This document shows, piece by piece, positions 20,498 through 33,735 of a stretch of DNA of 64,000 nucleotides; within the stretch, counting starts at the first letter, position 1; every line of letters starts with the position of its first letter. The position numbers and the translations under genes were made by a program. Source of the stretch: Macrostomum hystrix (Eukaryota > Animalia > Platyhelminthes). The notes below the pieces were generated by a model, which was not told the DNA's origin, made no database searches, and saw only the letters and a list, made by a program, of their open reading frames with translations. Location: the NCBI GenBank assembly GCA_950097015.1, contig CATNEN010000031.1:496001-560000 (forward strand), in the 5' to 3' direction.

Positions 20498-21518
20498 ATT
20501 GCTGAGTTCTATTGTTGGCCCAACCTAAGCAGTGGAATGATTATTATGGCAGCAGCTAGGTGACCCACCATGCTGAAAAGGGTTAAAAAGAATATAGCTA
20601 ATTAATCTGAAGGATAGCCATCTGAATAAATATAGGCCTATCATTTTACAATCTTATTTTATAGAACTTTATTTCATGTTACACATAAAAGAACATACAT
20701 GCGCAACCTCCCAAATCTTAGCCGGCCGTGTGACTCAGTTTTTGCTCTATTTACGACTTAGTTTGCTCTCATTTGCTCTCTTTTTCTCTCCCCTTTTTCC
20801 TTTTCTTCATGCCTTCCTTTTTTGTCCCTTGGTCCCCCCTTTGATTTTTTTGTGCTTGGTTGATTGGTTTTTGCAACTTACCTTGCTTGGCACTCGTTTC
20901 ACCTGGCCGGTTCGGCCAGTTCGGCCGGGTCGGCTGGGTGTTGCACATGTATGTAAAAGAGTGATGACATTTAATATATATAGCTATTTGCTATATGGCT
21001 ATGACCATTGCCCAAATGTCTACCTTATCCTAAACATTAATATCTATGACATAGTAGGCTTAATTTTATGGATCTACATAAAACATTTAAACACAGATCA
21101 AGTTAGGCTCAAGTTTAGCAAAATTTTCCTCAAGTCTCCCTCACAAACTAATGTCCCTGGGCTGAAATCAGCAAGAGTTTTCAGCTCTTGCAAGCTTACA
21201 GCAAGAGCACATTAATTTGTTGTGCAGCTCAGTAAAGAACCTTCTTGTGCAACTTAAATGCCGTTGAAGGTCAACCCTTAGGCACAGTAAGAGGTAAAAT
21301 TGCATGACAATGAAAAAATAAACACAGATGCACACATGCCTTTAGAAGCACCATATAATTTTTATCTTATTTTATTAAAACAATATGAAAACTTTTTTGT
21401 AAGAACCTAAAAAACGATTGTCAATGTTCTACACCAATCAGCACACTGTGTGCTTATTGCGGAAATACTTGACCCTTGCAACTGGTACACGCCATTCCAC
21501 AGTGAGCTGTTAAGTGGC

Positions 21519-24500
21519 ATGGAAACTGCTGCCGCTAACTCTCCTGGCGGTCGTTTGATGCCGCCTCCCCGGAATCGCATGATTGCTACATCTTCAACAG
21601 CCACTTCCGCCTTAACATCTGCAGTATCTGCATCAGCCGTCGGTGAGGCTGGAGGCGATGAGGACAGCGGTTCAGCTTGCACCTGTGGCAGTGAAAGGTA
21701 GCTAATTAGATGGCTTTGTGCAACTGCTCATTGTGATAAGGTAGCTTTGTACAACATGCTGAATGTCACGCAGTAGCTTTGTGCAACCTGCTGAATGTCA
21801 TGCAGTAGCTTTGTACAACCTGCTCAATGTCACGGAGTAGGCTTGTGCAACCTGCTGAATGTCATGGAGTACTGATTAGGCTTGTGCAGCCTGCTGAATA
21901 TCATGGAGTACTGATTAGGCTTGCGCAGCCTGCTGAATATCATGGAGTACTGATTAGGCTTGTGCAGCCTGCTGAATATCATGGAGTACTGATTAGGCTT
22001 GTGCAACCTGCTGAATGTCTCGGAGTAGGTTTGTGCAACATGCTGAATGTCACAGAGTAGGCTTGTGCAACCTGCTGAATGTCACGGAGTAGGTTTGTGC
22101 AACCTGCTGAATTTCACGGAGTAGGTTTGTGCAGCTTGCTGAATATCACATTGAAATCATGCTCCTCAGGCAGCAGCAGCCGTCCAAGAAGCAATGCTGC
22201 TGCCGAGCCAACCGGGCTCAGAAAATTCTTGAAGCCGGTTACCATCAGGCTCTGCTTGGCTGCGATCAGGAGCCGCCGCACAATTGGCAGGCAACTAAGG
22301 CCACAGTTAAGGAGCGCGTCGCTTATCTGTTCAACACGCAGTACATGTCGGATGTTACTTTCCTAGTTGGCCAGGCGCCAAATGAGAAGACAGTGCCTGC
22401 ACACAGATTTGTTCTGGCTATTAGCAGCGCCGTGTTTGACGCCCTGCTTAATGGACCACTGGCCGATACTAGCGGGGACACAATACGGCTGCCGGATGTG
22501 GATCCGACTGCATTCCTGGCCTTGATGCGCTTTATCTATTCCGATCAGGTTTGTAGGCTTAGCGCCAGCTCAGATGCTGTTTCTAGCCTTGAGATTCTCA
22601 TACTCGATTACCTCTCTCCCAGATCCCCTGTCACTCTCCCAGATCCCTGCCTCTCTCCCAGATCCCCTGTCACTCTCCCAGATCCCTGCCTCTCTCCCAG
22701 ATCCCCTGTCACTCTCCCAGATCCCTGCCTCTCTCCCAGATCCCCCGTCACTCTCCAAGATCCCCTGCCACTCTCTCCCAGATCCCCTGCCACTCTCTCA
22801 GATACCCTGTCGCTCTCCAAGATCCCCTGCCACTCTCTCCCAGATCCCCTGCTACTCTCCCAGATCCCCTGCCACTCTCCCAGATCCCCTGCCTCTCCCC
22901 CAGATCCCTGCCTCTCCCCCAGATCCCTGCCTCTCTCCCAGATCCCCTGTCACTCTCCAAGATCCCCTGCCACTCTCTCTCAGATCCCCTGCCACTCTCT
23001 CTCAGATCCCCTGCCACTCTCCCAGATCCCCTGTCACTCTCCAAGATCCCTTGCCACTCTCCCAGATCTCCAAGCAGGAACACTGCCACTCTCTCAGGAA
23101 AGTTGCAGTACAGAACTGTGTCATCCCGCAGGTGTGCATCGACCCTGACTCGGTGATGGCCACCCTGTACGCAGCTAAGAAGTACGCGGTGCCTGCACTT
23201 GAGCGCGAATGCGTGGAGTACCTGAAGCGGAATCTGTCTGTTGAAAATGCATTCCTTCTGTTGGGCCAGGCGCGCATGTTTGATGAGCCCCAGCTGGCCA
23301 GCCTCTGTCTGGAGCTCATCGATCGCAACACAGCTGAGGCTGTTCAGTCGGACACATTCGCTGATGTCGACTTGGACACGCTCTGCTGCGTATTGGAGCG
23401 AGATGGCCTGGCCATCAAGGAGTGTGACCTTTTCAGGGCTGCCAGGTGAGGTATCTAGTTATTTCAGTTCTCTAACGTGTGTACAGTTTCGAGGTCACAT
23501 TAACTTGAGTCGCAGCTGCGGAGATTAGAACAAGTTAAGCCCTTGAAGGCTGCGCTTAGAGTACAGTAAGAATGTCGACTGCATGACGATGAAAAAGTGT
23601 GCGTATGTTGCAAAATATTAGAGAAATGGACAGAATTACCTCCTCGAAGGCTGCGGGTCGACTGTCACCGAAATGCTGCGTCAGTGCCCTTGAAATACTG
23701 TAACTGTTCTAGCTAATAGTAAATGCAGTCAGTTGTTTTTAGTGAGTAAGAGTTTTTCACAATTTGTAAGTGAGTTATTAGTGAGCCAGATAACGGACCC
23801 AGAGCAGTGAGCAGAATCGGTCCATTCTGCCAGTTGATTTTAACGCCCAGTTTGAACACGCCATTCCAATCACCAGGCGCTGGGCTGAGAGTCGCCTCAC
23901 AAAGGCGGGCCTGCCCTGCTCCCCGGACAGCCTCCGCCGGGAGCTGGGCCGCGCTCTCGGCCTAATCCGGTTCCCACTGATGACGCCGGAGGAATTCGCT
24001 CACTGTGTAGTACAGAGTAGAATACTGCTCGACCAGGAGGCCGTCAGTGTGTTTATGTACTTTTACACAAATCCCAAGCCGTGCACCGGCTTCAACGATC
24101 AGCCCAGATTCTCCTACGCTGGCAAGGAGCACGTGATCAGCCGGTTCTGCGCCGTGGAGCAACGCTGGGGCTACTCTGGCACAAGCGATCGGGTCAGATT
24201 CAGCGTGAACCGGCGCATCCTAGTAGTCGGCTTCGGCCTCTACGGATCCATTCACGGCCCGGCTGATTATTCAGTCAAGGTAATTTAATTTCATTGAAAG
24301 ATTGCAAAGAAAAGAGATTGCAATGCAATAAGTAGAGAGGAACAGCTAGCACTAGCAATAATTACCCCTTTGAGGACTGCTAATTATCCCTTAGAAAAAC
24401 TCTATTTTAATTATTCCTACACATTTTACTCACATTTTATCAATCCCTCAATTCAAGCGTGTTCATTTTGGATTCCCATTAGTTTATATGTGACCGTTTG

Positions 24501-25761
24501 GAGTAACCCGTTTTACTCCCTTTTATCCCATAATGTCAAAGAAGACACTGACCCATCATTTTGCGACAGTCGACCAACAGCCAGTGAGAATGCAATTTTG
24601 CATCGTGCAGACCCATGAGTACACACAGAGACACGATGCAGGCACATAATCACACAGGCGTGCATGTGTACTTATGCCCTGACTTTTTCATCGTCAGACA
24701 GTTGTATGCTTCTCTCTGCGGCTGCGCCCCAAGTTAATTTAGCCGTGAATTCGAGCTCAGTGGCTTTTGTGCGAGAATTGGAAAAGTTACTTCTCCGCTA
24801 CTACGAAAGTCCCTAATATTCTCCCCTTGACATCCACTTAGTCTGTGTCGCGACTTTCAGGCCTCTCGTTCCTCTGCACTCTTGTCTGTTTACCTTCGAT
24901 TCTTCCCAGTCTGTTCTCACCTCGCTCTAATTCTGTCTAGTTCTCTACCTCTGACCTTGATCTCTTTCCGCCGCTTTCTGATTGGTCCGCCTCTCACCCT
25001 CTTGCCTTTAGCTCTTACCCCTGTCGAACCCAGTCTTGTTATCGTCCGCCAACCCCTCTCCACTCAGTTCAAGTTACAAGAATAAATTGACTGTCAAGGG
25101 CACAGGGCCCTCTCACTGCACTTAAAGTAATATATTCGCTCAATCGTTTAGGCTGCCTGCAGGCCAGCATTAAAATGCTCCAACATTACTCGTAGTATAT
25201 TTTAGTTTAAATAGTCTATATTTTCTCAACAGTCTGAATACTATCTCCTCGATGTATCTTTACTTAAATTTATTTTTATCTCTTCTATCTCTTGTTATTC
25301 TCCCAGTTCTAGTGGATTCTGCTTGGAATTTTAGTCCCCTTTTAGTTTTTAAGCTGCCCACTTATTACCCTTAGCATGTATTTTTATCAATTTAATAGGC
25401 TTCGTTCTAATGCCACTGTGCTACTCTATCACAAACTGTAAACCAGGTGGAGATCATACACACCGACAGCGGTCGACTCCTCGGATCAAACGACACCGCC
25501 TTCCAGTGCGACGGCTCCAATAGTACATTTCGCGTCTGCTTCAAAGAGCCCGTGGAAGTGCTGGAGAATGTCAATTACATGGCCAGCGCCACGCTCAAGG
25601 GCCCGGATAGTTACTATGGCACCAAGGGGGCGCGCAAGATCACGCACGATTCGCCCAGCCATGGCAAGGTCACATTTCAGTTCTGCTATGCCGCCGGCAA
25701 CAATAATGGCACCTCCGTGGAGGATGGACAGATTCCTGAGATTATTTTCTGCTTGCAGTGA
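21519..25761 (+). CDS. BTBD2: BTB-BACK-PHR protein, BTBD1/BTBD2-like
   Basis: Exons 21519-21697, 22170-22548, 23132-23445, 23877-24279, 25447-25761. [20 protein letters not shown]...[52 protein letters not shown]1 versus BTBD2 not resolvable; exon 1 is less certain. Confidence 0.88.
21735..22150. repeat. Intronic minisatellite, 32/39-bp units
   Basis: GCTTGTGCAACCTGCTGAATGTCA(C/T)GGAGTA(CTGATTA)G tandem. Confidence 0.9.
22612..23075. repeat. Intronic minisatellite, 19-20-bp subunits
   Basis: CTCTCCCAGATCCC(C)TG tandem in BTBD intron 2. Confidence 0.9.
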
Positions 25762-25818
25762 TCGCTTATTTCATTATTTTGCCTACTTTGCGTCTGTTCT
25801 TGGATGATTAGCAACCAA

Positions 25819-25966
25819 GGGGGTTGTAGCCTAGTGTTTAGAGCGTCGGACTCACATCTTGAAGGTTCGGGTTCGATTCCCGACTCCACTGGAACAATTT
25901 GTGTCCTTTAGCAACTCACTTTACTCTGCATTGGTTCAGTTATCCCAGCTGTTAAATGGGTACCAG

Positions 25967-26007
<41 letters not shown>
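25819..26007 (+). mobile_element. tRNA-derived SINE (short copy) with (TTA)n tail
   Basis: A-box-like TAGCCTAGTG, B-box GGTTCGATTCC, core CCCAGCTGTTAAATGGGTACC; related copy at 29.0-29.3 kb. Confidence 0.8.
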
Positions 26008-26009
<2 letters not shown>

Positions 26010-26911
26010 AGTAATTCGCCACCAGGATTACTGAGAATAGCATTGATTATAGATTTTTTGCAGATTCCAGCTAGCCATGAAGAGTTAGCAATTTAGTTTA
26101 TTTGCTTTTACTTTAAGTTTTCATAGTTATCATAAAATTGGTCAGTTAAACAATCAGTCAGTCAGATTATTAGTGAATTTAATGTTTTGATTTTGTCTCT
26201 TAATATTTTATGTCGATTACCGTTTAATAATACTTTTAGTTGTGTGTTGATGTTGTCGTTAAGCTTTGCCAGTCTTTGCAAGTGGATCACTACCATTTGT
26301 TTTATAAACTAGTAGCTGTTTACAATGTGAGCTCTTTCTCATGCATTGTACAGAATTTGCAAGTGTTTACCTCAGCTTTGTGTAAAAATGTCTGTGCTCC
26401 TAAAGAACATTTAAACCCATTGTTCGGATAGCAAATTAGAATTATTAGGCTAATGACCAGTGCTTTCTGTTCTACATTCGCTCTCTCTCTCTGTTTATTG
26501 ACTTTGAGTAATTCAGTCTATGAAAATGCATTGGTTTATCAAGTATATGATTTTCCTGTTGTTTGTCTGCTGGTTGTCGTTCCTTTCGCTGTATCTACGA
26601 TCTGAAACACTACTAGAGAGAGATTAGTTAGTACGTATACAGAATTTACATTGCACTACTATATAAGCTTATTTATGAGATTGTTTGATTTCGTACCCAG
26701 ATATTAAAATGATTTTGCAGATCGCTTAAGGTAGTTTTACCAGTGAATCTCTGTTTTCATTATGCTTGAATTTTATTGCCTAAAATTGAAACATGAATCT
26801 TGGCAAGTGAAGCAAGTCATGCATTCTACCTGATTAAATGCTCTCGTGTCTCGGCTACCTTATTTGTCCATATTCTCTAACGTAAGGATAAGCAGTAGGC
26901 TTAGGTAGTAA

Positions 26912-28385
26912 ATTAGGTAGTAGGCTGGCTAGCTATTGAGCTGTCAGTTAGGTAGTAGACTGGCTAGCTATTGAGCTGTCAGTTAGGTAGTAGGCTGGCT
27001 AGCTATTGAGCTGTCAGTTAGGTAGTAGGCTGGCTAGCTATTGAGCTGTCAGTTAGGTAGTAGGCTGGCTAGCTATTGAGCTGTCAGTTAGGTAGTAGAC
27101 TGGCTAGCTATTGAGCTGTCAAATAGGTAGTAGGCTGGCTAGCTATTGAGCTGTCAAATAGGTAGTAGGCTGGCTAGCTATTGAGCTGTCAGTTAGGTAG
27201 TAGGCTGGCTAGCTATTGAGCTGTCAGTTAGGTAGTAGGCTGGCTAGCTATTGAGCTGTCAGTTAGGTAGTAGGCTGGCTAGCTATTGAGCTGTCAATTA
27301 GGTAGTAGGCTGGCTAGCTATTGAGCTGTCAATTAGGTAGTAGGCTGGCTAGCTATTGAGCTGTCAATTAGGTAGTAGGCTGGCTAGCTATTGAGCTGTC
27401 AAATAGGTAGTAGACTGGCTAGCTATTGAGCTGTCAATTAGATAGTAGGCTGGCTAGCTATTGAGCTGTCAAATAGGTAGTAGACTGGCTAGCTATTGAG
27501 CTGTCAATTAGGTAGTAGGCTGGCTAGCTATTGAGCTGTCAAATAGGTAGTAGGCTGGCTAGCTATTGAGCTGTCAGTTAGGTAGTAGACTGGCTAGCTA
27601 TTGAGCTGTCAAATAGGTAGTAGGCTGGCTAGCTATTGAGCTGTCAAATAGGTAGTAGGCTGGCTAGCTATTGAGCTGTCAAATAGGTAGTAGGCTGGCT
27701 AGCTATTGAGCTGTCAGTTAGGTAGTAGGCTGGCTAGCTATTGAGCTGTCAGTTAGGTAGTAGGCTGGCTAGCTATTGAGCTGTCAGTTAGGTAGTAGGC
27801 TGGCTAGCTATTGAGCTGTCAATTAGGTAGTAGGCTGGCTAGCTATTGAGCTGTCAATTAGGTAGTAGGCTGGCTAGCTATTGAGCTGTCAATTAGGTAG
27901 TAGGCTGGCTAGCTATTGAGCTGTCAAATAGGTAGTAGACTGGCTAGCTATTGAGCTGTCAATTAGATAGTAGGCTGGCTAGCTATTGAGCTGTCAAATA
28001 GGTAGTAGACTGGCTAGCTATTGAGCTGTCAATTAGGTAGTAGGCTGGCTAGCTATTGAGCTGTCAAATAGGTAGTAGGCTGGCTAGCTATTGAGCTGTC
28101 AGTTAGGTAGTAGGCTGGCTAGCTATTGAGCTGTCAGTTAGGTAGTAGGCTGGCTAGCTATTGAGCTGTCAATTAGGTAGTAGGCTGGCTAGCTATTGAG
28201 CTGTCAATTAGGTAGTAGGCTGGCTAGCTATTGAGCTGTCAGTTAGGTAGTAGGCTGGCTAGCTATTGAGCTGTCAGTTAGGTAGTAGGCTGGCTAGCTA
28301 TTGAGCTGTCAATTAGGTAGTAGGCTGGCTAGCTATTGAGCTGTCAATTAGGTAGTAGGCTGGCTAGCTATTGAGCTGTCAGTTA
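26912..28385. repeat. 35-bp tandem array (~42 units) with higher-order structure
   Basis: TTAGGTAGTAGGCTGGCTAGCTATTGAGCTGTCAG; period 35 from positions 26941/26976. Confidence 0.95.
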
Positions 28386-28525
28386 GTCGTCTAAATAAAT
28401 GATCGCGTGATGATTTAATGTTTGAAATTTAAGTTTTTTAATGCAGGATTGTGTGGACTTTTGGGCAGTCTAACGGATTCGCTCCTTATGCTGTTTTCTC
28501 TAGGGCAGGCCTTACTGCGTCGCGC

Positions 28526-31500
28526 ATGGAAATCCGAATTTTCGGCGCCTTTGCCGGTCGCAGCAAGGACGGTAGCTTGGCACTAGCCGTGGCGCCAGCC
28601 TCCAGCCTCAGCCAGCTGCTCGCACAGCTCTCATCGGCCGCTGGCATGCCACTTAGCGACTATTTCAGGTGACTCTTGTTTACCATTGTCAACTTCTATG
28701 ATTTGAATATTTGAAGGTGAAGTCTTATTCTTTTACAGGTGCGTGGATGAGGACGGCGACCTGGTGACAGTCCACGACGACAACGATCTTCAGCAGCTGA
28801 TCGAGTACAACAAGGTGGTTATGTTTAACTGCAGCCAGCAGGGCCAGTCTGCCATGCTGCAGCAGCAGTCGGCGGGACATGTGCCTCGTCCGCCTCAGCT
28901 GCCGGCCCCTTGGATTTCAGGACCGCCGTCGGCCTCCTTGTCTCCGCTGACGCCGCCGCTGTCTACGCAGCAGTCCCTGTCTCCGCTGCCGGTGAGGCTA
29001 CCTGGCTTTCACTGTTTATTGCCTAATAATTGATAATAAAAATAATTATGCCTGCCCCGATTGGGCCAGATATGCAGCCGACAGCACAGCCGCAACTATT
29101 GCGCGGAGCATCTGAAGGCTGCATACGGCTGTACGCAGGGGCCATAGACTGGAGGTACGCCACACCCACCCTCAATCACCCCAGCTAATGCTGGTACCCA
29201 TTTAACAGCTGTGTGAACTGAAGCAATGCAGAGTAAAGTGTCTTGCTAAAGAACACACATTGTTCCACTGGAGTCGGGAATCGAACCACCGACCTTCAAG
29301 ACGTGAGTCCGACACTAAGCTACAACCCCCGGATCCCTGTAGATACAATAGAACAGTGATCTAGAATACTCAGCACTCAATTCGGCATACATGGAGTCGG
29401 GAATCGAACCAACGACCTTCAAGACGTGAGTCTGGCGCTCTAGTCACTAAGCTACAACCCCGTGTCCTTGTAGATATAATAGAACAGTGTTCTAGAATAC
29501 TCAGCATTCTATTCAGCTTACATGTACTTTGATTCCCCCCCGCGGCGCAGCCAACCGCTGGCTCCACCGCAGCCGCATCCGGTGCCCCGGTTATTGGCAA
29601 CTCTGGCCAGCTGTCGCAGGAGCAGTTCGCCTACGGTCAGGTGATTGGCCGCGGACAGTTCGGCATTGTCTACAGGGCTGTGCACAGAGCCACCGGTACG
29701 CCCTTGGCCATTAAGTGTATCAATCCTGAGATGGACGAAGCTGTCCAGTCCAAGATTCTCAGCGAGCTGGAGATCCTGGCCAAATGCTCCTCGCCTTACA
29801 TCATTAGCTACCTTGGCGCGTTCTTTGTTGAGAATTCGATTCACGTGTGCACAGACTGGATGGACGGCGGCTCCTTAGACAAGTACGGCCGGCTGCCCGA
29901 GCAGATTCTCGGTTAGTTTAACCAGCTCTCTGACCAATGCTGAGCCATGGGGCTCTGAATCTAGATCAAACTGGATAGACAACCTCCCGCCAAACCCCCA
30001 TTTTCCGGACCATTGTAGACTGACAGGCTGTCCCGAAAATACACAGGGCAAATAGAAAATTCTTATGCACATCTTGAAGAAAAACACTGATAGCTTCCGT
30101 ATCGTGCAATATATTTCAGAATGTTAGTTTTATTAGATAATTGAATAAATTCTCTTGAAGCTGAGTCAAGTTTTAGTTTTAGTCTAAAGTTTTGGCTTGT
30201 AAGCTGTTCTTAACAGTAGACTACCAAGAGGGGAGAATTCCCCCCCCCACCCTGACAATTTTTGTGCTGCACCCGAACGGAACGGAAGCACATGAAACTC
30301 AAGAACGCGGGCCAACTTTTTTGCGCATCTTCTGAAACAAGAATCAAGTCGCTAGCTCTTTAGACCGTCGAGATATTCAATGTTTCTGGCCGAGGGCAGA
30401 TTTTTCCCATAAGCGAAATAAGTGTATTTCATACACTCCTATAAAAATTAGCACTGCGCCTCAGTACGGCCTGCCAGGCCTTCAAAACTTATCAGCATGT
30501 CACCCGAATGTGCCTGCATTATCTCCTACTTCCGTGGTCACCTACCTTTATCCAGACGGACTGCTGGACCTTCAAGGGCTACAATGGAAGTAGGCCACTA
30601 TGGACACCCTGACGTGAATTTCTCCAATTTCACAGATCAAACCTAAATATTAGGCGCAGTTCAACCATCGTCTAGTCTGTCAGCCAATCAGTCACTGTCA
30701 GTTAGGTATCAGGTACACAATCAAGAAAAAAATGGCGGCAAAATGGCTTCGTAGTCCAACTGTTCAAATAAATTTTAGAAATGAAAAAGTTGCCATTTAG
30801 CGATGCAGATCTTTAGAAATTTGTGAAGCAGAAAGGTTTTTTATTAATCACCAGATTTTAGTGCGATGTAGCTTGAATGGTAGAAAACATCAATACCTAT
30901 GGAATGAATTACTGAACTTTAAGGAAGGGAAAAATGAGAAAAATGTCTGCATTATAACTTTTCGAGTACATGTCTGGAAGATGCACACAAGCTCAGCTAA
31001 ATGTAGATGATTTATTCAGCTTTCTAATGAAACTAAAGTTTTGAAAATATGCTGCACTTTAAGGAAGTTATCTGCGTTTTTCTCCAAGTAGTGTGCATCA
31101 GGATTTTCTATATGCTTAGTGTATTTTCGGGACAGGCAGTCAGCACCCACACTGGTCTGGAAAATGTGGCTTTGGCGTGGAGTTGTCTCCCCAGTTTCTA
31201 GAGCTTTTCATGAGTCTATCAGTGTGTGGGATAGTGTTAGCGATGTAAATTTGATTGCCAGAGAATGATTTGAGCAGCTGCAAGTTCAAATCGAATCTAA
31301 TAATGATGCGATTGATTAGTCTCTATCATGTCTCTCTCCTACATCAATCTCATATTTTCCCTCAAATCAGGCTTCGTCTGTCGGTGCGTAGTTGACGGCC
31401 TGCGTTACCTGTGGATGAAAGGTGTCATGCACCGCGATGTCAAGACGGCCAACATTCTTGTAAACTCAGCCGGCGAAGTGAAGCTATGCGACTTTGGCCT

Positions 31501-32664
31501 TGCCATCCAGTTGCAGAGCTCTATCGCCCTGTCTTACTGCGGCACCAGCGCCTACATGTCGCCTGAGCGCATTATGGGCAAAGAGTACAGAGTGCACTCG
31601 GATGTGTGGAGCCTGGGTGTCACTCTGTTCGAGCTGGCCACTGGCTCCCTGCCCTTCCCTATTGGACAGGGCTTGTCTGGGCCCGTGCTCATTCTGCAGG
31701 CCGTTGTTGGCGGCCCCGCACCGCGCCTACCAGCTGGGGAGTTCTCTTGTGACCTCATCGACTTTGTGGACGCTTGGTGAGTTCAGCTCCAAACTCATCA
31801 TCAGCTTCAGCTAGTGGTTCCTTCCCCGCCCTGAGGTTGAGCTGCCAGTTTCTTCCCCGCCCTGAGGTTGAGCTGCCAGTTTCTTCCCCGCCCCGAGGAT
31901 GAGCTGCTAGTTTCTTCCCCGCCGTGAGGTTGAGCTGCCAGTTTCTTCCCCGCCCTGAGGTTGAGCTGCCAGTTTCTCCCCCGCCCTGAGGATGAGCTGC
32001 CAGCTTCTTCCCCGCCCTGAGGTTGAGCTGCTAGTTTCTTCCCCGCCCTGAGGTTGAGCTGCCAGTTTCTTCCCCGCCCTGAGGATGAGCTGCCAGTTTC
32101 TTCCCCGCCCTGAGGTTGAGCTGCCAGTTTCTTCCCCGCCCTGAGGTTGAGCTGCCAGTTTCTTCCCCGCCCTGAGGTTGAGCTGCCAGTTTCTTCCCCG
32201 CCCCGAGGATGAGCTGCCAGTTTCTTCCCCGCCCTGAGGTTGAGCTGCCAGCTTCTTCCCCGCCCCGAGGATGAGCTGCCAGTTTCTTCCCCGCCCTGAG
32301 GTTGAGCTGCCAGCTTCTTCCCCGCCCTGAGGTTGAGCTGCCAGTTTCTTCCCCGCCCTGAGGTTGAGCTGCCAGTTTCTTCCCCGCCCCGATGTTGAGC
32401 TGCCAGTTTCTTCTCCGCCCCGAGGATGAGCTGTAATCAGGTATGATTTTTGATACATTATTCAGGTATGATGATGCAATTAATACAATATTCCTATGCC
32501 ATCTCCGCCCTGACAGCCTTCAGAAAGAGCCAGAGCGTCGGCCGAGCCCTGCCTCCATTGTTAGCCTGAGGTTCTACAGCCTGTACACTAGCGATGGGCG
32601 AGACCGTCTGTCCCGCTGGCTGCGCTCCAAGCTGGCCGACATGTTGCGCGCTGCCGCCTCCTGA
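28526..32664 (+). CDS. MAP2K5: Dual-specificity MAP kinase kinase 5 (PB1 + kinase)
   Basis: Exons 28526-28668, 28739-28991, 29551-29911, 31371-31776, 32517-32664. PB1 VDEDGDLVTV; GRGQFG, ILSELEIL, FFVEN, MDGGSLD, HRDVK, DFG, SIALS activation loop, SPERI. Confidence 0.9.
29022..29330 (-). mobile_element. tRNA-derived SINE, longer copy, plus a duplicated head fragment at ~29390-29460
   Basis: Reverse complement of the 25819 SINE head and core with an extra 3' body and an ATT-rich tail. Confidence 0.8.
29965..31200. mobile_element. Putative non-autonomous DNA element with ~160-bp imperfect terminal inverted repeats (MAP2K5 intron 3)
   Basis: 29965-30125 matches the reverse complement of ~31035-31200 (e.g. 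CTGTCCCGAAAATACAC vs GTGTATTTTCGGGACAG). Confidence 0.65.
30205..30595. mobile_element. Dispersed MITE-like repeat, copy 1
   Basis: Inverted homology to ~39085-39470, including the identical 30-mer GTCGCTAGCTCTTTAGACCGTCGAGATATT. Confidence 0.75.
31818..32432. repeat. Intronic 31-bp minisatellite
   Basis: TTCTTCCCCGCCCTGAGGTTGAGCTGCCAGT tandem in MAP2K5 intron 4. Confidence 0.95.
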
Positions 32665-33269
32665 ATAATCTGACGCCTGAATAATTCTCAGCGGTGGTAG
32701 AATGCTACAGCAGTTCGTGAATCGATTCCGGCTTGTTGTAGACATTTTTGGAGCAGGCCAAAATTTTATTGAACTCAAATGACAATATCAGATAGTCTAT
32801 TTGGATTCTGTTGCCTATTAATGAACTGCTCAATTGTGAAACAATTCAAATTTCCAAAGTTAATATGGTGTGCTAATTCACTTTACATGTGAGTACACCA
32901 TCTGCAATGTTTGGCTCTACTGTGATTATGCCCATGGTGATTGTAAATTGAAAATCTAGACGCTTAGCGCTCGTATATACAACTTCTTGTATGTGAATTT
33001 CTGTATTCTGTCGTCTCCCTTCGACTAAAAGTAAGTAACCCTGCTGCTTTTATAATGCATCTTGTTTTTTCAACGGACTTGTTTTATCCACTGCGCTTCA
33101 TTCCAGTTTTTAGTATTGACTTTCTCATATTTTTTGTGTTCTTTTTTTCCTTTGTTACTCTGATGCTGTACGCGCATCGGTTTGTAATAATTCTTGCATT
33201 ATGAAACATTTCGGGCTTGTTAAACTTTTTTCTTTATCGTGTTTAACGAAAGTTTCATTTCAGTGTCAG

Positions 33270-33735
33270 CCAGAACTCCCCTAATCCTTTGGTCACAGCC
33301 AGGACCCTCCTCCGATCCTTCAGTCACAGCCAGGACCCTCCTCCGATCCTTCAGTCACAGCCAGGACCCTTCTTCGATCCTTCAGTCACAGCCAGGACCC
33401 TCCTCTGATCCTTCAGTCACAGCCAGGACCCTCCTCCGATCCTTCAGTCACAGCCAGGACCCTCCTCCGATCCTTCAGTCACAGCCAGGACCCTCCTCCG
33501 ATCCTTCAGTCACAGCCGGGACCCTCCTCCGATCCTTCAGTCACAGCCAGGACCCTCCTCCGATCCTTCAGTCACAGCCAGGACCCTCCTCCGATCCTTC
33601 AGTCACAGCCAGGACCCTCCTCCGATCCTTCAGTCACAGCCGGGACCCTCCTCCGATCCTTCAGTCACAGCCAGGACCCTCCTCCGATCCTTCAGTCACA
33701 GCCAGGACCCTCCTCCGATCCCTACGTCACAGCCA
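33270..33735. repeat. Intergenic 31-bp minisatellite
   Basis: CAGCCAGGACCCTCCTCCGATCCTTCAGTCA tandem. Confidence 0.95.

Noticed and set aside
20676-21215. 179-aa hydrophobic ORF
   Set aside because: Derived from T-rich low-complexity sequence; no motif and unlike the GC-rich codon style of real exons here.
25819-25890. tRNA gene (also 29260-29330, 35762-35830, 52165-52230)
   Set aside because: A/B boxes are present but there is no clean cloverleaf, and the heads run into a shared body and (TTA)n tail; these are SINE heads.
26912-28385. CRISPR-like regular repeats
   Set aside because: No unique spacers, no cas genes, eukaryotic context.
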